A stretch of DNA of 64,000 nt from Negaprion brevirostris (taxonomy: Eukaryota). Below the pieces are notes generated by a model, which had not been told where the DNA came from, ran no database searches, and was given only the letters and a program-made list of their open reading frames with translations. The translations under genes were made by a program, and so were the position numbers. Every line of letters begins with the position of its first letter. The first letter of the stretch is position 1. Below, one piece after another: positions 1-11,745 of the stretch. The DNA lies in assembly GCA_030324005.1 (NCBI GenBank), contig JARDVH010000132.1, positions 90,445,184 through 90,509,183 of the forward strand, read 5' to 3'.

Positions 1-492
1 TTTCCCCACTTGCCTGGATGGGTGCAGCTCTAATAACACTCAAGAAGCTTGACACCATCCAGGATTAAGCAGCCTGCTTGATTGGCACCACATTCACAAA
101 CATCCACTCCCTCCACCACCGATGCTCAGTAGCAGCAGTGTGTACTATCTATAAGATGTAATGCAACAATTCAAAGATCCTTAGACAGCACTTTCCAAAC
201 CCATGACCACTTCCATCTCGAAGAACAAAGGCAGCAGATGCATGGGAACACCACCAGCTGCAAGTTTCCCTCCAAGCCACTCACCATCCTGACTTGGAAA
301 TATATCACCATTCCTTTGCAGTTGCTGGGTCAAAATCCTGGAATTCCCTTCCTAATGGCATTGTGGGTTAACCTACAGCACATAGACTGCAGCAATTCAA
401 GAAGACAGCTCACCACCACCTTCTCAAGGCCAACTAGGGATATGCAATAAATGCTGGCCAGCGATGCCCATGTCCCACGAATGAATAAAAAA
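1..492 (+). mobile_element. 3' end of an L2/CR1-group non-LTR retrotransposon
   Basis: Decayed ORF2 C-terminus SPLAWMGAALITLKKLDTIQD…IHSLHHRCSVAAVCTIYKM followed by tail gcaataaatgctggccagcgatgcccatgtcccacgaatgaataaaaaaa. The same tail recurs at about 25490, 26650, 35950(-), 45190(-) and 48130. Confidence 0.8.
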
Positions 493-924
493 ATTGTTTA
501 AAACCTAACCTGCATTCTTCTGTCTGCTTCACATTCCCCTCCCTGTCTTACCTGTTGTCCTTTCTGTGTCTGCCATCCTTCTGCTCACCATTCATGGGCC
601 AGGTTTTAAGTGGATGAATTTTGAGTGCGTGATCTTGCCTTAAATTTGACAGACCACCCCTGTCCACTTTCTTCCTCAGCATTAAATGCTATTACTTCTC
701 CAACCTCATCCTCTTCCCCCACCTAGTTTCAGCCATCCTTGCTGGACAGGCTTACAAGTGCTCACTGCTTCAACCTGGGGATCCTTTGTTGCACCCATTG
801 TGGCTCCCCCCTGCTGCAGCAACCCTGTATTCCCCTTTTGTTCTAGTTTCTGTTTCCAATATATTCTCTGAATTAATTTTTTTCAAGTTTGTCTCCATTC
901 CCTGGCATTCAATCTCTTTCTAAC

Positions 925-1200
925 CCCCTAATAATTATTTGAATACTTTCCCCTCACACTCCTCCCGTTAGTCCCATCCACTCTTCAATGTCATTCTCGT
1001 GGTTTCACATTCCACTAGTCCCCTGACCTACCTGCTGATAAACACATAGATGACTGCAACATGACTACCTGGTGGTGGCAGCATAACATTCCTTCTTGAA
1101 TAATGTCCACTTTCACCTCTCCTTCAAGATCCTTTGTTGTCCCTCATTGAATTTTTTGTAAACTCTGATCCACCATTTCCTAGATTTGACAACTTCAACG
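925..1200 (+). mobile_element. Possible highly decayed Penelope-like RT fragment
   Basis: KHIDDC (YIDD-like catalytic motif) at about 1040, followed by FHLSFK…FLD-like segments. Confidence 0.35.
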
Positions 1201-1704
1201 ATGTAAGAAATAAATCTATGTAATAGAGCTGTAATGATTAAGTGAAATGTCCATGCTTTCAAGATCAGCTAACAGGTGAATTTCTGGCACGTTCTGCAAA
1301 GCTACCTGCTGCAAGGTCATTGCTCCATTTAGCAAGACCTTATTTCTGGTAACTTCTATTAACACAGTGCTGGCATGGAGATTGACTGTTACAATCTATT
1401 GTCCATGGAGACTTAAACCAAAATCCCAAAGTGGCTTGCCAATTCTTTTGAAAAATACCAACAAAACAATCTGCACATCTGAATATGTAGCTTGATTATG
1501 AAATTCTTTGTTTTTTTTATATAATTGATAGCCCTTTAATGCTATATACTATGAACAAGCTGAATAGCTACAATTGCTACAAATAGCTACATTTTCTATC
1601 AATTTATTTCTACCCTGTGAAGCTTTAAACAGATGATTTTATAAGATTGTGTTGTCAGGAAGGAACCTTAGTTGCCGAAAGTGTGATTTCAGGAAATTAC
1701 CATT

Positions 1705-2090
1705 TAGTGTCAGCTTCATTCAGTTGGTAGCATTCTTGTTTCTGATTTAGAAGTTACAAGCCCCATTTTAGAACAAGAGCATGTAATGACATTTACGTGC
1801 CACACTGTGGGATTTCAGGGCAGGTGTGGTATTCTCATGATTTAGATGGATGTTTAACACCTGGTGGTATGACTGGAAAGTGGGCATGGGGTTCTTTTGC
1901 TGGCAAGTCTCACAACTCTCCTTCAGCCAACACCACCAAAACAGATTAACTGGTCATTCATCTGCTTGTATGTGTGGAAATTGGTTGCTACGTTTATCTA
2001 CATAACACTGTCAGAACTTCAAAAGTAATCCATTGTTAGTGAAGTCTTGAGGGTGGGAAAATATATGGTGGTAAGTTATACAAGTTACTT
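1705..2090 (+). mobile_element. Ancient tRNA-derived SINE (DeuSINE/SacSINE-like) with L2-type tail
   Basis: tRNA-like head (ttcagttggtagc); body motif ccaacaccaccaaaacagattaactggtcattcatc…gtggaaattggttgc…cttcaaaagtaatccattg. A reversed relative occurs at about 7070-7600. Confidence 0.5.
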
Positions 2091-2184
2091 CTTTTGTCCT
2101 GCATTTCAGTTCCAGGTTTATGATAAATGTCATTCTTTTCATCTGTTTGAATGTTGCGCAACAATGCATCATAGCACTGTTTAA

Positions 2185-2505
2185 GTTTAATTATTAGGGT
2201 CACAAGCAGGCTTACATTAACACTGCAATGAAGTTACTGTGAAATTCCCTAAGTCACCACACTCCGTCACCTGTTCAGGTACACTGAGAGAGAATTGAAC
2301 ATGGTCGATGCACCTAACCAGCACGTCTTTTGGATTGTGGGAGGAAACTGGAGATCCCAGAGGAGACCGGACCACCCAGAGAGAACCCATGCAGACATAG
2401 GGAGAATGTGCAGACTCCACACAGACAGTGATCCAAGCCGGGAATTGAACCCGAGTCCCTGGCGCCGAAAGGCAGCAGTGCTAACCACTGTGTCACTGTG
2501 CCACC
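2185..2505 (-). mobile_element. V-SINE (HE1-like), full length
   Basis: Minus strand ggcacagtgacacagtggttagcactgctgcc…gggttcaattcccggc (A/B boxes), V domain ctgtgtggagtctgcacattctcc…tcccacaatccaaaagacgtgctggttagg, tail acagtaacttcattgcagtgttaatgtaagcc. Confidence 0.9.
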
Positions 2506-2569
2506 TGCTGATGATCTTTTTTCAGTACTAAGTGAATTAATACTTTTCTTTTCAAAAAGCACAATCTCA

Positions 2570-3000
2570 TAGTTACCTATAAAAGTTCCGTAGGGTTGTG
2601 TTAAATTGCTAATGATGCCAGAAAGAAACCTTGATGACTTGGCGAAGTGACAGGAATTGAAAATGTGTTTTGCTGGTCTCGCAGTGAATGAAGAAGGATC
2701 CCCAGTTTAGGCCTCACTACGGGCTGAAACTATTTCAATGAGGCGTTTGTTTTCAATTCAGAAATACAGATTGACAAAATAAATAGGCAGATTAACTGTG
2801 CCCAAACATAAACAGATTTGCCTTGGCCTGTGCTTTTGTAGCTTACCAGATAACTTTTTCCCAGTTTAATCGACACAATTAATAATTGCATCAATCGCTT
2901 GATTCCCTGGTTAAACTAACTACAATGTATTGATGATTTATTTTTCTTGATGAGGAATCTTCTGATAACCTGGTTAATTTTTTCATTGGTGTATCCAAGA
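2570..3000. promoter_or_regulatory. Candidate intronic conserved non-coding element or enhancer
   Basis: No recognisable repeat; retains several CpGs; homeodomain-type TAAT/ATTA and forkhead-type TAAACA/AAATAAATA motifs. Conservation not tested. Confidence 0.3.
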
Positions 3001-3097
3001 ATGCATGCAAGTATTTTAAAAAGTAGTATTCAACAAATAAAGGACAAGAATACAATAGTTCTAACTAAATAAAAATTAGCTATGACTTGATCTACAG

Positions 3098-3150
3098 ATG
3101 ATATGGAGACGCTGGCGTGGGACTGGGGTAAGCACAGTAAGAAGTTCACT
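3098..3150 (+). mobile_element. Terminal fragment of the shark palindromic Penelope-associated repeat
   Basis: gatgatatggagacgctggcgtgggactggggtaagcacagtaagaagtt matches copies at 13920-13960(-), 23220-23257(-) and 28300-28372(+). Confidence 0.65.
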
Positions 3151-5409
3151 TGGAACACTTGATCTATGTAGTCCATTTGCAATATATTTTTGTTTAAGTA
3201 TTTGCAGAAAGTATTTTTTCTAGATGCCACACAAGTTAAATGTGTGTTTATTGTATTAGAAAAAATGTATTTTTGTTGTTTACTAAGCAATGCTGAGCGC
3301 TGAAACTTTTTCTCCACATTTGATCCTTGTATCAGGAGATTTAATTTGAATAACACAAAACTGCACTATCATAAGCATTGACAATTCCATCACCAATACT
3401 GGTAAAATTAGTACATAGGTTTAACACAATGATTAAAATAAAAAGTTAAAACCACTTTGTGAAATCACTATGCAGTAAGAACTATTTTTTTCTGTGAGCA
3501 GCTTTTCTGTGGAGTTAAAGACTTGAACTCTCTTTTCAGTCTGCTGAGAGGCTGACATTTGAGGAAAGCCTTTGCCACAATCAAGTGTCTGAAAACTAAG
3601 CTGCAATTAAGGAGTGCACATTTTCTACCCACTTAACAAAGATGATAATATAATTGCAAGAACCCATACAGCAGTTGATTGCTGGTGTCCTGCAAGGAGT
3701 CCAATAAAATAGAAGTCAGGAGCACCAACTGAATGGAAGTTCAGGCTCCTGCTCCTCAGGTACTGCAAGACAGACAGGATGATTTGATATGCAGCAGGGC
3801 GTTGGATGTGGTTATAGATTAAATCCATATTGATGGATTGGCTTGTCAAGCTAAGTGGCTGATGCTTCCACCTCCCTGAATGGCAGCATCATTCTGGACT
3901 CCAGCCTTGCATGTTAGGTACATTGTCAACTGTGCAAGCAGGCTGCGTGATGCAGCTGACCATCTCAGTTCTGGGCTGCTAGCTTGCAGCAGTCTTGCTC
4001 TAGAAGTTAATGGCAACAAGAGTCAATGAAACAGAGGACTATGGCTCATCTTTCCACCAAATCACAAGTAGCTGCATCATCCAATCCAACTGGCTGACTG
4101 CAGAGAAGCAGCTGATAAAAGAGCTCACCTGGTTCGGTGACTTAACCAAAGTGCTTAGACAGAATAGGAAGAATTAAATTCTTTTCTCCACCACCTCCAC
4201 TTTTTCTGCCTTTTTGTCTATTAGGAAGCTGCGAGGCTTCAGAGCGAGGTCAATCTCACTGATCATAAACATTTTTATTACATTGTGAAAATAGAAGGAA
4301 GAGCTACTGACCCCAAAAGCAACAGACTTTAGAAACACTTTTAGAATTTTACAAATTAAAAGACTAATGTTACACAATTAAAACAGTCTAAAAGAACAAC
4401 CCCCAAAAACCCTTCTTGGTCAAAAGTATACAAGTAAACTACCTTCTTGACAACTACCGCTTATATATTTGATCCATAAAAATCCATTAAATTACACAAG
4501 TCAGTGCATCGTTGTCAATTTAATAAAGGTATATAGCATAACTTCTCAACCAGTTCTATTCTGATAGGGAATTCCAAAAAGAGGTTCAGAAACACTTCTA
4601 AAAAAACAAAAACTCTAGTTTGACACTGGGTGGCTGCCTCCAGTTTAAAATGTTCATGGCTTATTAGCACAAAGAGGTTGAGCTTCAGGGCTTTCCCCAC
4701 AGCCACCCCATTCAGTTCCTCTTAAATATCCTCTCCTTCTTTCAGCTCAGGCTGGAAACTCCTCCATAACCTGTTTGAACTCAACTTCTCCAAATATAAA
4801 ACTCTGTCATATTTTCCTATTTCATCTCTGCTTTTGGGTCAATAAAATTTAATATTTTTTCCCAGTTCACTCATGGGATCCCTGTAAGATGCAAATGTTC
4901 CTTGGCATCTCTGAGCTCCCTTTTGAAATTCAACAGCTGAGAAAGTTCCCCACTTATCTCACAATGCAAGTTTCAGATCCAATCTCTTTACTTGCAACTC
5001 AAATTTACCAGAATGGATAGTGGGTGGAGCAAACCATATGGCAGATGATGTAGTTACCGTCTGTTTGGTAACATTGAAATCAAGCTAGGGAAATGGTAAA
5101 ATGTTCAAAAATCTTTTGAGGGGATAAGAAGTTTTAGGTGTGACGAATATTTGGGTAAAATTGCAGTAGCAGGGCAATTAGGGCAATGGTGGTGAACAGA
5201 ATGGAGGTTGGAGCCTCTGATGGAGGAACTGAACCCGGGCCCCTGGCACTGTGAGGCAGCAGTGCTAACCGCTGTGTCTCCATGCAGCTTGTGCTGGATA
5301 CAGTTTTGTGTGTGTTTGTATGGGCATTAGGAGCATGTGCCAGATGCATGCTGAGTAGGCAGATACATAACATTAATTGCAGTTTGTTAACAATATTAAT
5401 GTTCTCCTT

Positions 5410-6300
5410 AAATCTGAAATAAAGACAGATAATGCTAGAAAAAATTTAGTGAGTTGGGCAGTATCTATATAGAAAAAGAAACCAAATTAATGTTTCAGGT
5501 CTGTGACCTGAATGGAGGATGGAGCCTGGGCTGGGGTGGAAGTCATAGACGATATTTGACCTGGTGAGAAAGTGCAAGGAAGCAAACAGTAGAAGCAGCC
5601 AAACTGATGAGTTCAATCTTTGGGACAGAGAGGTGCATAAAGCTGTTGCTATAGAGATTAATGGGAATGGGTAGAAAGAGAACTCTCTGATACTCTGTCC
5701 TTAGCCTGCTGCACTACTTCATGAGGCTCAAAGTAAGCTTCAGAAACAACAGCTCAACTTTCAATTAGACACTTTATATCTGATTGTGATATAAAGTCTA
5801 AGTTTATATCACTATAAATTTAGTGATATAAGTTCACTAAGTTCAATAATTTCAGAATGTATACTTGGTCCCCTAATTTGCTATATTTGCTTGTTTCAAG
5901 GGGGAAGGCAGATCAGGATATTGAATTTGATGATCAGCCATGATCAAAATGAATGCCGGCACAAGCTCAAAGGTCTGCCACTCCTGCTTCTATTTTATAT
6001 GTTTCTATTTTCTCTTACAGCCAGCATCTCTAGGAGCATTTTTTGCTTGTTTCTTATCTTGCCACACCATTATTCCCTTTTACCCAAAAGGACTAGTTTT
6101 TCTCTTCTAATCTTCTACCCTATCACAGACCTCCCTTTAGTCCTTACCTCAATCCATGCTCAAAGCCCATTACATCTCTTAACTTTTCCTAGTTCTGATG
6201 AAAGGTCACAAACTTGAAACGTTAATTTGGTTTCTCTTTCCAAATAGATACTGCCCAACTCGCTGAATTTTTTTCCAGCATTATCTGTCCTAGTTTCAGA
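5410..6300 (+). mobile_element. Truncated Penelope-like element with inverted terminal arms and GIY-YIG C-terminal remnant
   Basis: 5690-5860 reads as decayed SVLSLLHY…EAQSKLQKQQLNFQLDTL…FNNFR (PLE endonuclease end). Terminal repeat present in inverted orientation at about 5410-5509 and 6203-6300. Short CR1 tail inserted at about 5900-6010. Confidence 0.7.
6191..6227 (+). ncRNA. Minimal type I hammerhead ribozyme motif of the Penelope terminal repeat
   Basis: AGTT-CTGATGA-aaggt caca aactt-GAAAC-GTT-AATT: intact CUGAUGA and GAAA cores, stem I AGUU/AAUU, stem II with one mismatch, palindromic ACGU stem III, GUU cleavage triplet. Confidence 0.6.
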
Positions 6301-6429
6301 TTTAAGGAGAACATTAATAGTTAACAAAGTGCAATTAATGTTACGTATCTGTCCACTCAGCATATATCCAGTACACGCTCCTAATGCCCATACAAACACA
6401 CTCAAAATTGTACCCAGCACAAGCTGTAC

Positions 6430-6710
6430 GGAGGCACTGTGGTTAGCACTGGCCCGGGTTCGGTTCCCAGCTTGGATCACTGTCTGTGTGCAGTTTGCAT
6501 GTTCTCCATGTGTCTGCGTGGGTTTCCTGCAGGTGCTCCGGTTTTTTCCCAAAATCCAAAGACGTGCTGGTTAGGTGCACTGGGGTTTGCTAAATTCTCC
6601 CTCACTGTACCCAAACAGGCAGCAGAGTGTGGTGACTAGGAGAATTTCACAGTAACTTCATTGCATTGTTAATGTAAGCCTACTCATTACACGAATAAAT
6701 AAACTTTATA
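6430..6710 (+). mobile_element. V-SINE (HE1-like) with a small deletion in the head
   Basis: ggcactgtggttagcact…cgggttcggttcc, V domain and the same tail as the 2185-2505 copy. Confidence 0.88.
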
Positions 6711-7249
6711 AAGTATGCACATGTGGCTTAGTTTACACCCGAAATGGTACAGCACCCTTAGCATCAAAAAGACAAGCATTAGAGAGACAAAATCTTTGGC
6801 CAGAATTAGTCATTACAAGCTTAGCAACTGCACATCATCACATTAATCAGATAAGACAGTCATCAGTGCTTCACATGCTGTTACCATTACCATCTCCTTT
6901 GTTTAACCTCTCTTGAAACTTGATCTTCTGGGGCTGTTATCAGTCAATGACACTCGGATAGTGCCAACAGTGATTCAGTTTAATCAAATTCATTCTTGAG
7001 TCTCATAGGTTTAAGAGGTTGCAAACAATTTTAATTAGCGACAGCACAACACAGTCAAATATTTGTTGCAGAACTTGCATTTATATGGTGCTTTCACAAA
7101 TCTTTAAAAACACCTCAAAATTCTTCCTGTACAATGAATTACACTGAAGTGTAATCACTCAGATAAGTGAACATGCTAGTCATTTGGTTACATAATATTT
7201 AACCCGCTAATGAGGCGATTGTACAGTTGCACTACTTTTGAAGCTGTTT

Positions 7250-7375
7250 TTTGATTTGATTTATTATTACATGTATTAGTACACAGTGAAAAATATTGAA
7301 TCTTCCGTGCTATGTAGACTAAGCATACCATACATAGAGAAGGAAAGGACAGAGTTCAGAATGTAATGAGAATAA
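7250..7375 (-). mobile_element. Rex1/Babar LINE 3' tail nested in a decayed SINE
   Basis: gatttgatttattattacatgtattagtacacagtgaaaaatattg…catagagaaggaaagg matches the tail at 56610-56760, which adjoins Rex1 RT. Confidence 0.65.
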
Positions 7376-7719
7376 AAGAAGGAGAGCATGCTGGGCACAG
7401 CTTGCAAGTAGTCGCCACACTATGGCGCCATCTTGGATTTAGCCTGGAAACCAAACAAAATTGTACTTGCATGACAACTTTAACTTCACTGGGCAGGCAG
7501 AGCGCATGTTGGTTTGACATTCAATCTGTAAGATGAGACATCCAGTGCCACAGAGCTAGGCTCAACTCAAGACCTGGAATGGGACTTGAAGCCAAAGATT
7601 TCTAATTGAAGATAACAGTATAACCAACCAAACCAAGCTTTTAATAGCAATTTTTTATAATCTTAAAAGAATAACTTATTCAGTATACTTTGGCATTGGG
7701 TGGTCATTTGTCACTCTGC

Positions 7720-8660
7720 CAACAGCAACTTGTATTCATATCATGAACTTAACATAATAAAATGTCCCATGCTGCTTCACACAAACATTCCAAAATAAAA
7801 TCTGATACCAAGCCACATGTGGAAATATTAGGTCAAATGGTCTGAAGCTTGGCTAAGGGATGTCTCAAAAGAGGAAAGAGAAGTAGTAGAGAAAGTTATA
7901 GGGAATTCCTGAGTTTAGGGTCTAAGTAACTTGAAAACATGACCACCAGCAATTAAATCTGAGGATGCTCAAAAGACCAGAATTACAGAAACACATACCT
8001 CAGAAAACTGTGTGACCAGAGGACATTACAGAAATAGAGAGGAGCAAAGCCAGTGAGGGATTTGAAAACAAAGGCAGCCAATGTATGGCAGCCAGCACTG
8101 GGATGAAAGGTGAACAGGACTTGGCAATGGACAGAACTGCAGAGTTTTGGGCAGCATCAAATTTACGGAGGATAGAACCTGGGAGGCCGGACAGGAGTGT
8201 GTTAAAATTGTCAAGGCTAAATATAACACAGGCATGGATGAGAGTTTCAGCAGCAGATGAGATAAGACAGGGATGGAATTGACTGATGTTACAGGGGCAG
8301 AATTATGCAGTCTTAGCAACGGTGTAGATATGTGGTCAGGAGTTCATTTTGGGGTCAAATATGATATCAAGATTGCTAACAGTCTGGTTCATCCTCAGGC
8401 CATTGACAGCAAGAGGGAAGAGATTAGCAGCTAGGGGAAATAATTTGTTGACGGGGGCAAAGACAGTGGTTTTGGTTCTTCCTAATATTTATTTGGAAGA
8501 AATGTCAACTCGCCAGTACTGGTTGTTGGACAAGCAGTCTGACAATTTAGAGATGCTGGAGAAGTCAAAAGAAGTAGTGGTGAGGTGGATCTGGGTGTCA
8601 TTGTCATACACATGAAAACTAATGCTGTGTATTCTGATGATGCTGCTGCAGGATCATATT
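7720..8660 (-). mobile_element. L2 LINE 3' portion
   Basis: Minus-strand decayed RT C-terminus (YDNDTQIHL…LDFSSISKLSDCLSN…NLDIIFDP; LHNSAPVTSVNSIP…) ending in an L2 tail (gggacattttattatgttaag…caagttgctgttg). Confidence 0.75.
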
Positions 8661-8814
8661 AATCACCTAGGATGATTTTAATGTTGGGGGAGGGCAGTGG
8701 TTTGCGGGGTGGGATTCACAGGGAGAGGGGTGCAGGGGGATCAGCAGCAAGTGCAAGAGGATGGCTTCTTCCTTCCACTACATTGAGTGCCATGGCTTAA
8801 GAAATCCCAACCAA

Positions 8815-9345
8815 GGGAGTTATAAACGTTGGTTAGGCCACATTTGGAATACTGTGTCCAATTCTAGTCACCACAAGGCTTTGGAGAGAGTCCAGAAAAG
8901 GTTTACCAGGATGTTGCCTGGTATAGAGAGTATTAGCTATGAGGAGAGGTTGAATAAACTGGAATTGGTCTCCCTGGAAAGACGGAGGCTGAGGGGTGAC
9001 CTGATAAAAGTTTATAAAATTATGAGGGGCATAGATAGGGTGAACAATTAGAAGCTTTTTAACAGGGCAGAAATGACAATCATGAGGGGGTATAAGTTCA
9101 AGATAAGGGGGGAAAGGTCAGTAGAGATGTGCCAGAAAGTTTTTATTACACACAGGGTGATGGTGGCCTAGAGTACACTGCTAAATGAGGCAGTTGAGGC
9201 AGATATGTTAGCAACATTTAAGACTTATCTGGAAAGGCATGAACAGACAGGGTAAAAAGGGATACAAGCGGTTGGTATAGGTAGGACAAATTGATTGGCG
9301 CAGATTTGGTGGGCCTAAGGACCTGTTCCTGTTCTTTGTTCTTTG
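8815..9345 (+). mobile_element. CR1 LINE 3' fragment
   Basis: ALERVQKRFTRMLPGIESISYEERLNKLELVSLERRRLRGDLIKVYKIMRGIDRV followed by a CR1 3' UTR with (ttctttg)n. Confidence 0.9.
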
Positions 9346-10279
9346 AGTTGACAAGCTAGCTACACAATTGTATCTATTGTGTATGCTGCATTACGGCAGG
9401 CCCACCTGCACCTGTGTTAATACCTGCAGCAGTGGAATGAGGCCCTTAAGTTGTCATTGAACTCACATTTCACAAGGTTTCATCATGTTGACTATGGTTT
9501 TCGGCAGCTCTGAGGTGCTGTAAACCATGATTCTTTGAAAAGCTTGCCTGACTCCATGAAAATTGAGGATCACTAGGACAAGCCTACCCTCACAATGGAA
9601 CCAGCCATCTCAGGAATGCAGGTTGCAGGTTTGCCAGCCAAACCAACTGCACTTTTGAAACCCTGGGGATGTGGTTACAAATCCCAGAATTGGGTTCTGG
9701 ATGCCATTTTTAAAAACCTGCCATGTCTCCTTGACTCTATTAAAATCCAGCTCAATAATGTGGGACAAAGTTAATTGGCGTTTGGAAAAATAGTCTACTG
9801 AAAGAAAGTAAGCCAGTATGTGGTGAAGGCAAATTATGTTTGACTAACATGATTGAGCCCTTATAGTAAATGAATAGTGACAGCAGAGATACAAAATTTA
9901 CCGAAGGACAGAAAACAGATTAAAAATGAATGGCTATCACTTCCATTTCCACTTTCCCCACCTTATTTTTCATTCTTTTTTTCTCTTTTTCCATCCAGGT
10001 CCCCCTCTCCTGTTATCAAGCCTCCTTTCATCTCTCCATTCTTGGGTACTCTATCCCACTCAAATCCATGTCCAACTCTCTCAGCTCTCCTGCTGCTGTT
10101 CCAGGCTCAGCCCCCTGCAGCTTACCTCTCTACACCTCTTTCCATCCTCCTAAGGGTTCAGCAAAGCTTCTTTTGAGCTGCAAGTCCAAATTAATCGTAC
10201 TGTTTCATTGACCTTCAAATGCAGTGTGCCTGCAAGAGGTTAATCTTGCCAATCTGCTTCCCATTCTACTCACTGATCC

Positions 10280-11430
10280 CTGGTGATGATCCTAAGATTA
10301 GGCTAGCAGATCAGCTCTCACCATCATCTCTGTATTTATTCCTTCATTTGTGACCAAAGCCCTTTACATCCATGAGCTTATTGTGAATTATTACATCAAC
10401 ATTACAGACAATAAAAACCTGGCTGATTGGTGATGATACCTTCCCACGAAGGAAGCCTCTTTTAATGTCTATACCTTCTAACATTGTCCCACTCAGACTA
10501 TATAGTGTGGGTCCTTCTATCACCAAACCTCATTTTGACCTGTCTCCTTAATCCTCTGGCACTTTCTCCTCCTTCAAGGAGCTCATATTGTTCCATTCCT
10601 CTTACCTCTCATTAAACATCTTCATTCTCTACTGACCAATCAAGTGTCATGTAAATTTTCTCACCAAGCTATTTTACCTGCTTTTCTTCTTCAGTCTCAT
10701 CATTGTGAGACTTCTCATCCTCTTTCTTTTCAAGCTTCATCTCAGTTTATCATGCTCTCACTCGCCTGAAATCACTGCCCTCCAATCCTTCTTTAATCCC
10801 TCCCTCTATGTAAACTCCTCATCCCACATTCATGGCCACCCCTTGACCTTGCCATCTCACGTGGCCTCACAATGCCCATTGTATCAATCACAGATAAAGC
10901 CATCTCTGATCACTTCCTTATATTACTCTTCACCCACAACTTTCTCCCATGTCCCAACCCTACTTTCTTCTGTGTCTGCTCCTAGAAAAAATACTTTGCC
11001 TGTTCACTTAAAACTTCTCTTTCAAAATCCTGATTGTCCAGGTATTGTTCCTCTGTGTACAACAAATTTCTGCAGCTAATTGATCTGCTTAACCAAATCC
11101 TCATCTCTGCTTTCTAGTCAACAAGATATCTGCACTCCTCTAATTCTGATCTCTGAACAACCCTGATTTTAACTGCTCCATCATTAAAGGCCATTCCTTC
11201 AGCAGCATGTGCCTTATCTCTGAAATTCCTTCCCCAATACTCTTTGTCTCCCAACTTCACTTTTGTCCTTCAAGGCACCCTTTAAAGCTCACCTCTTTGA
11301 TCAAACTCTTGGTCATCTACCATAGTATTTCATTATGCTGTTCTCTGTTCTTTGATAGCACTCCTGTGATGAATTTGGGACATTTTATTATTTTAATGAC
11401 ACTATATAAGCACAAACTGTTGCTGTTATT
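10280..11430 (+). mobile_element. Decayed L2 LINE fragments with 3' tail
   Basis: Endonuclease-like VNSSSHIHGHPLTL…SDH segment; tail gggacattttattattttaatgacactatataagcacaaactgttgctgtt. Confidence 0.6.
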
Positions 11431-11504
11431 AAAAGATGTCCTGAAATTCTGTTCTTTTGTATCAACACTCACTTGAAAACTCTCCACTATTTTAATGATG
11501 GTTA

Positions 11505-11745
11505 TTGTACAAGGCTTAATGTGGGACTGGAGAACAGTACCGCCCACAGTGTGAATATAAAGGGTCAGATGACAAATGACCTGGGTCAGTCTAAAAGTAT
11601 GCAGAGACCAGTGTAGAAGTATGCAGGGAATTAGCTCATACTTTGGGCTAGGCTTGTACATATGCAAACAGTTACATATTACCAATAAACACTATTGTTC
11701 AATCTTACAAGCCACTGAACATTTGTGAGACTAACTGAGCAAACC
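11505..11745 (+). repeat. 5' LTR of the Gypsy relic
   Basis: Aligns with 15200-15430 (ccacagtgtgaatataaagggtcagatgacaa vs ccacagtgtgatataaagggtcacatgacaa; taccaataaacactattgttcaatcttacaagc vs taccaatgaacactgttgtttgacttacaagc). TATAAA and AATAAA present. Confidence 0.8.

Noticed and set aside
2440-2505. tRNA genes (A/B-box sequences here and at about 6430, 17840, 39890, 52270)
   Set aside because: They are SINE heads continuing into V-domain bodies; no full cloverleaf.
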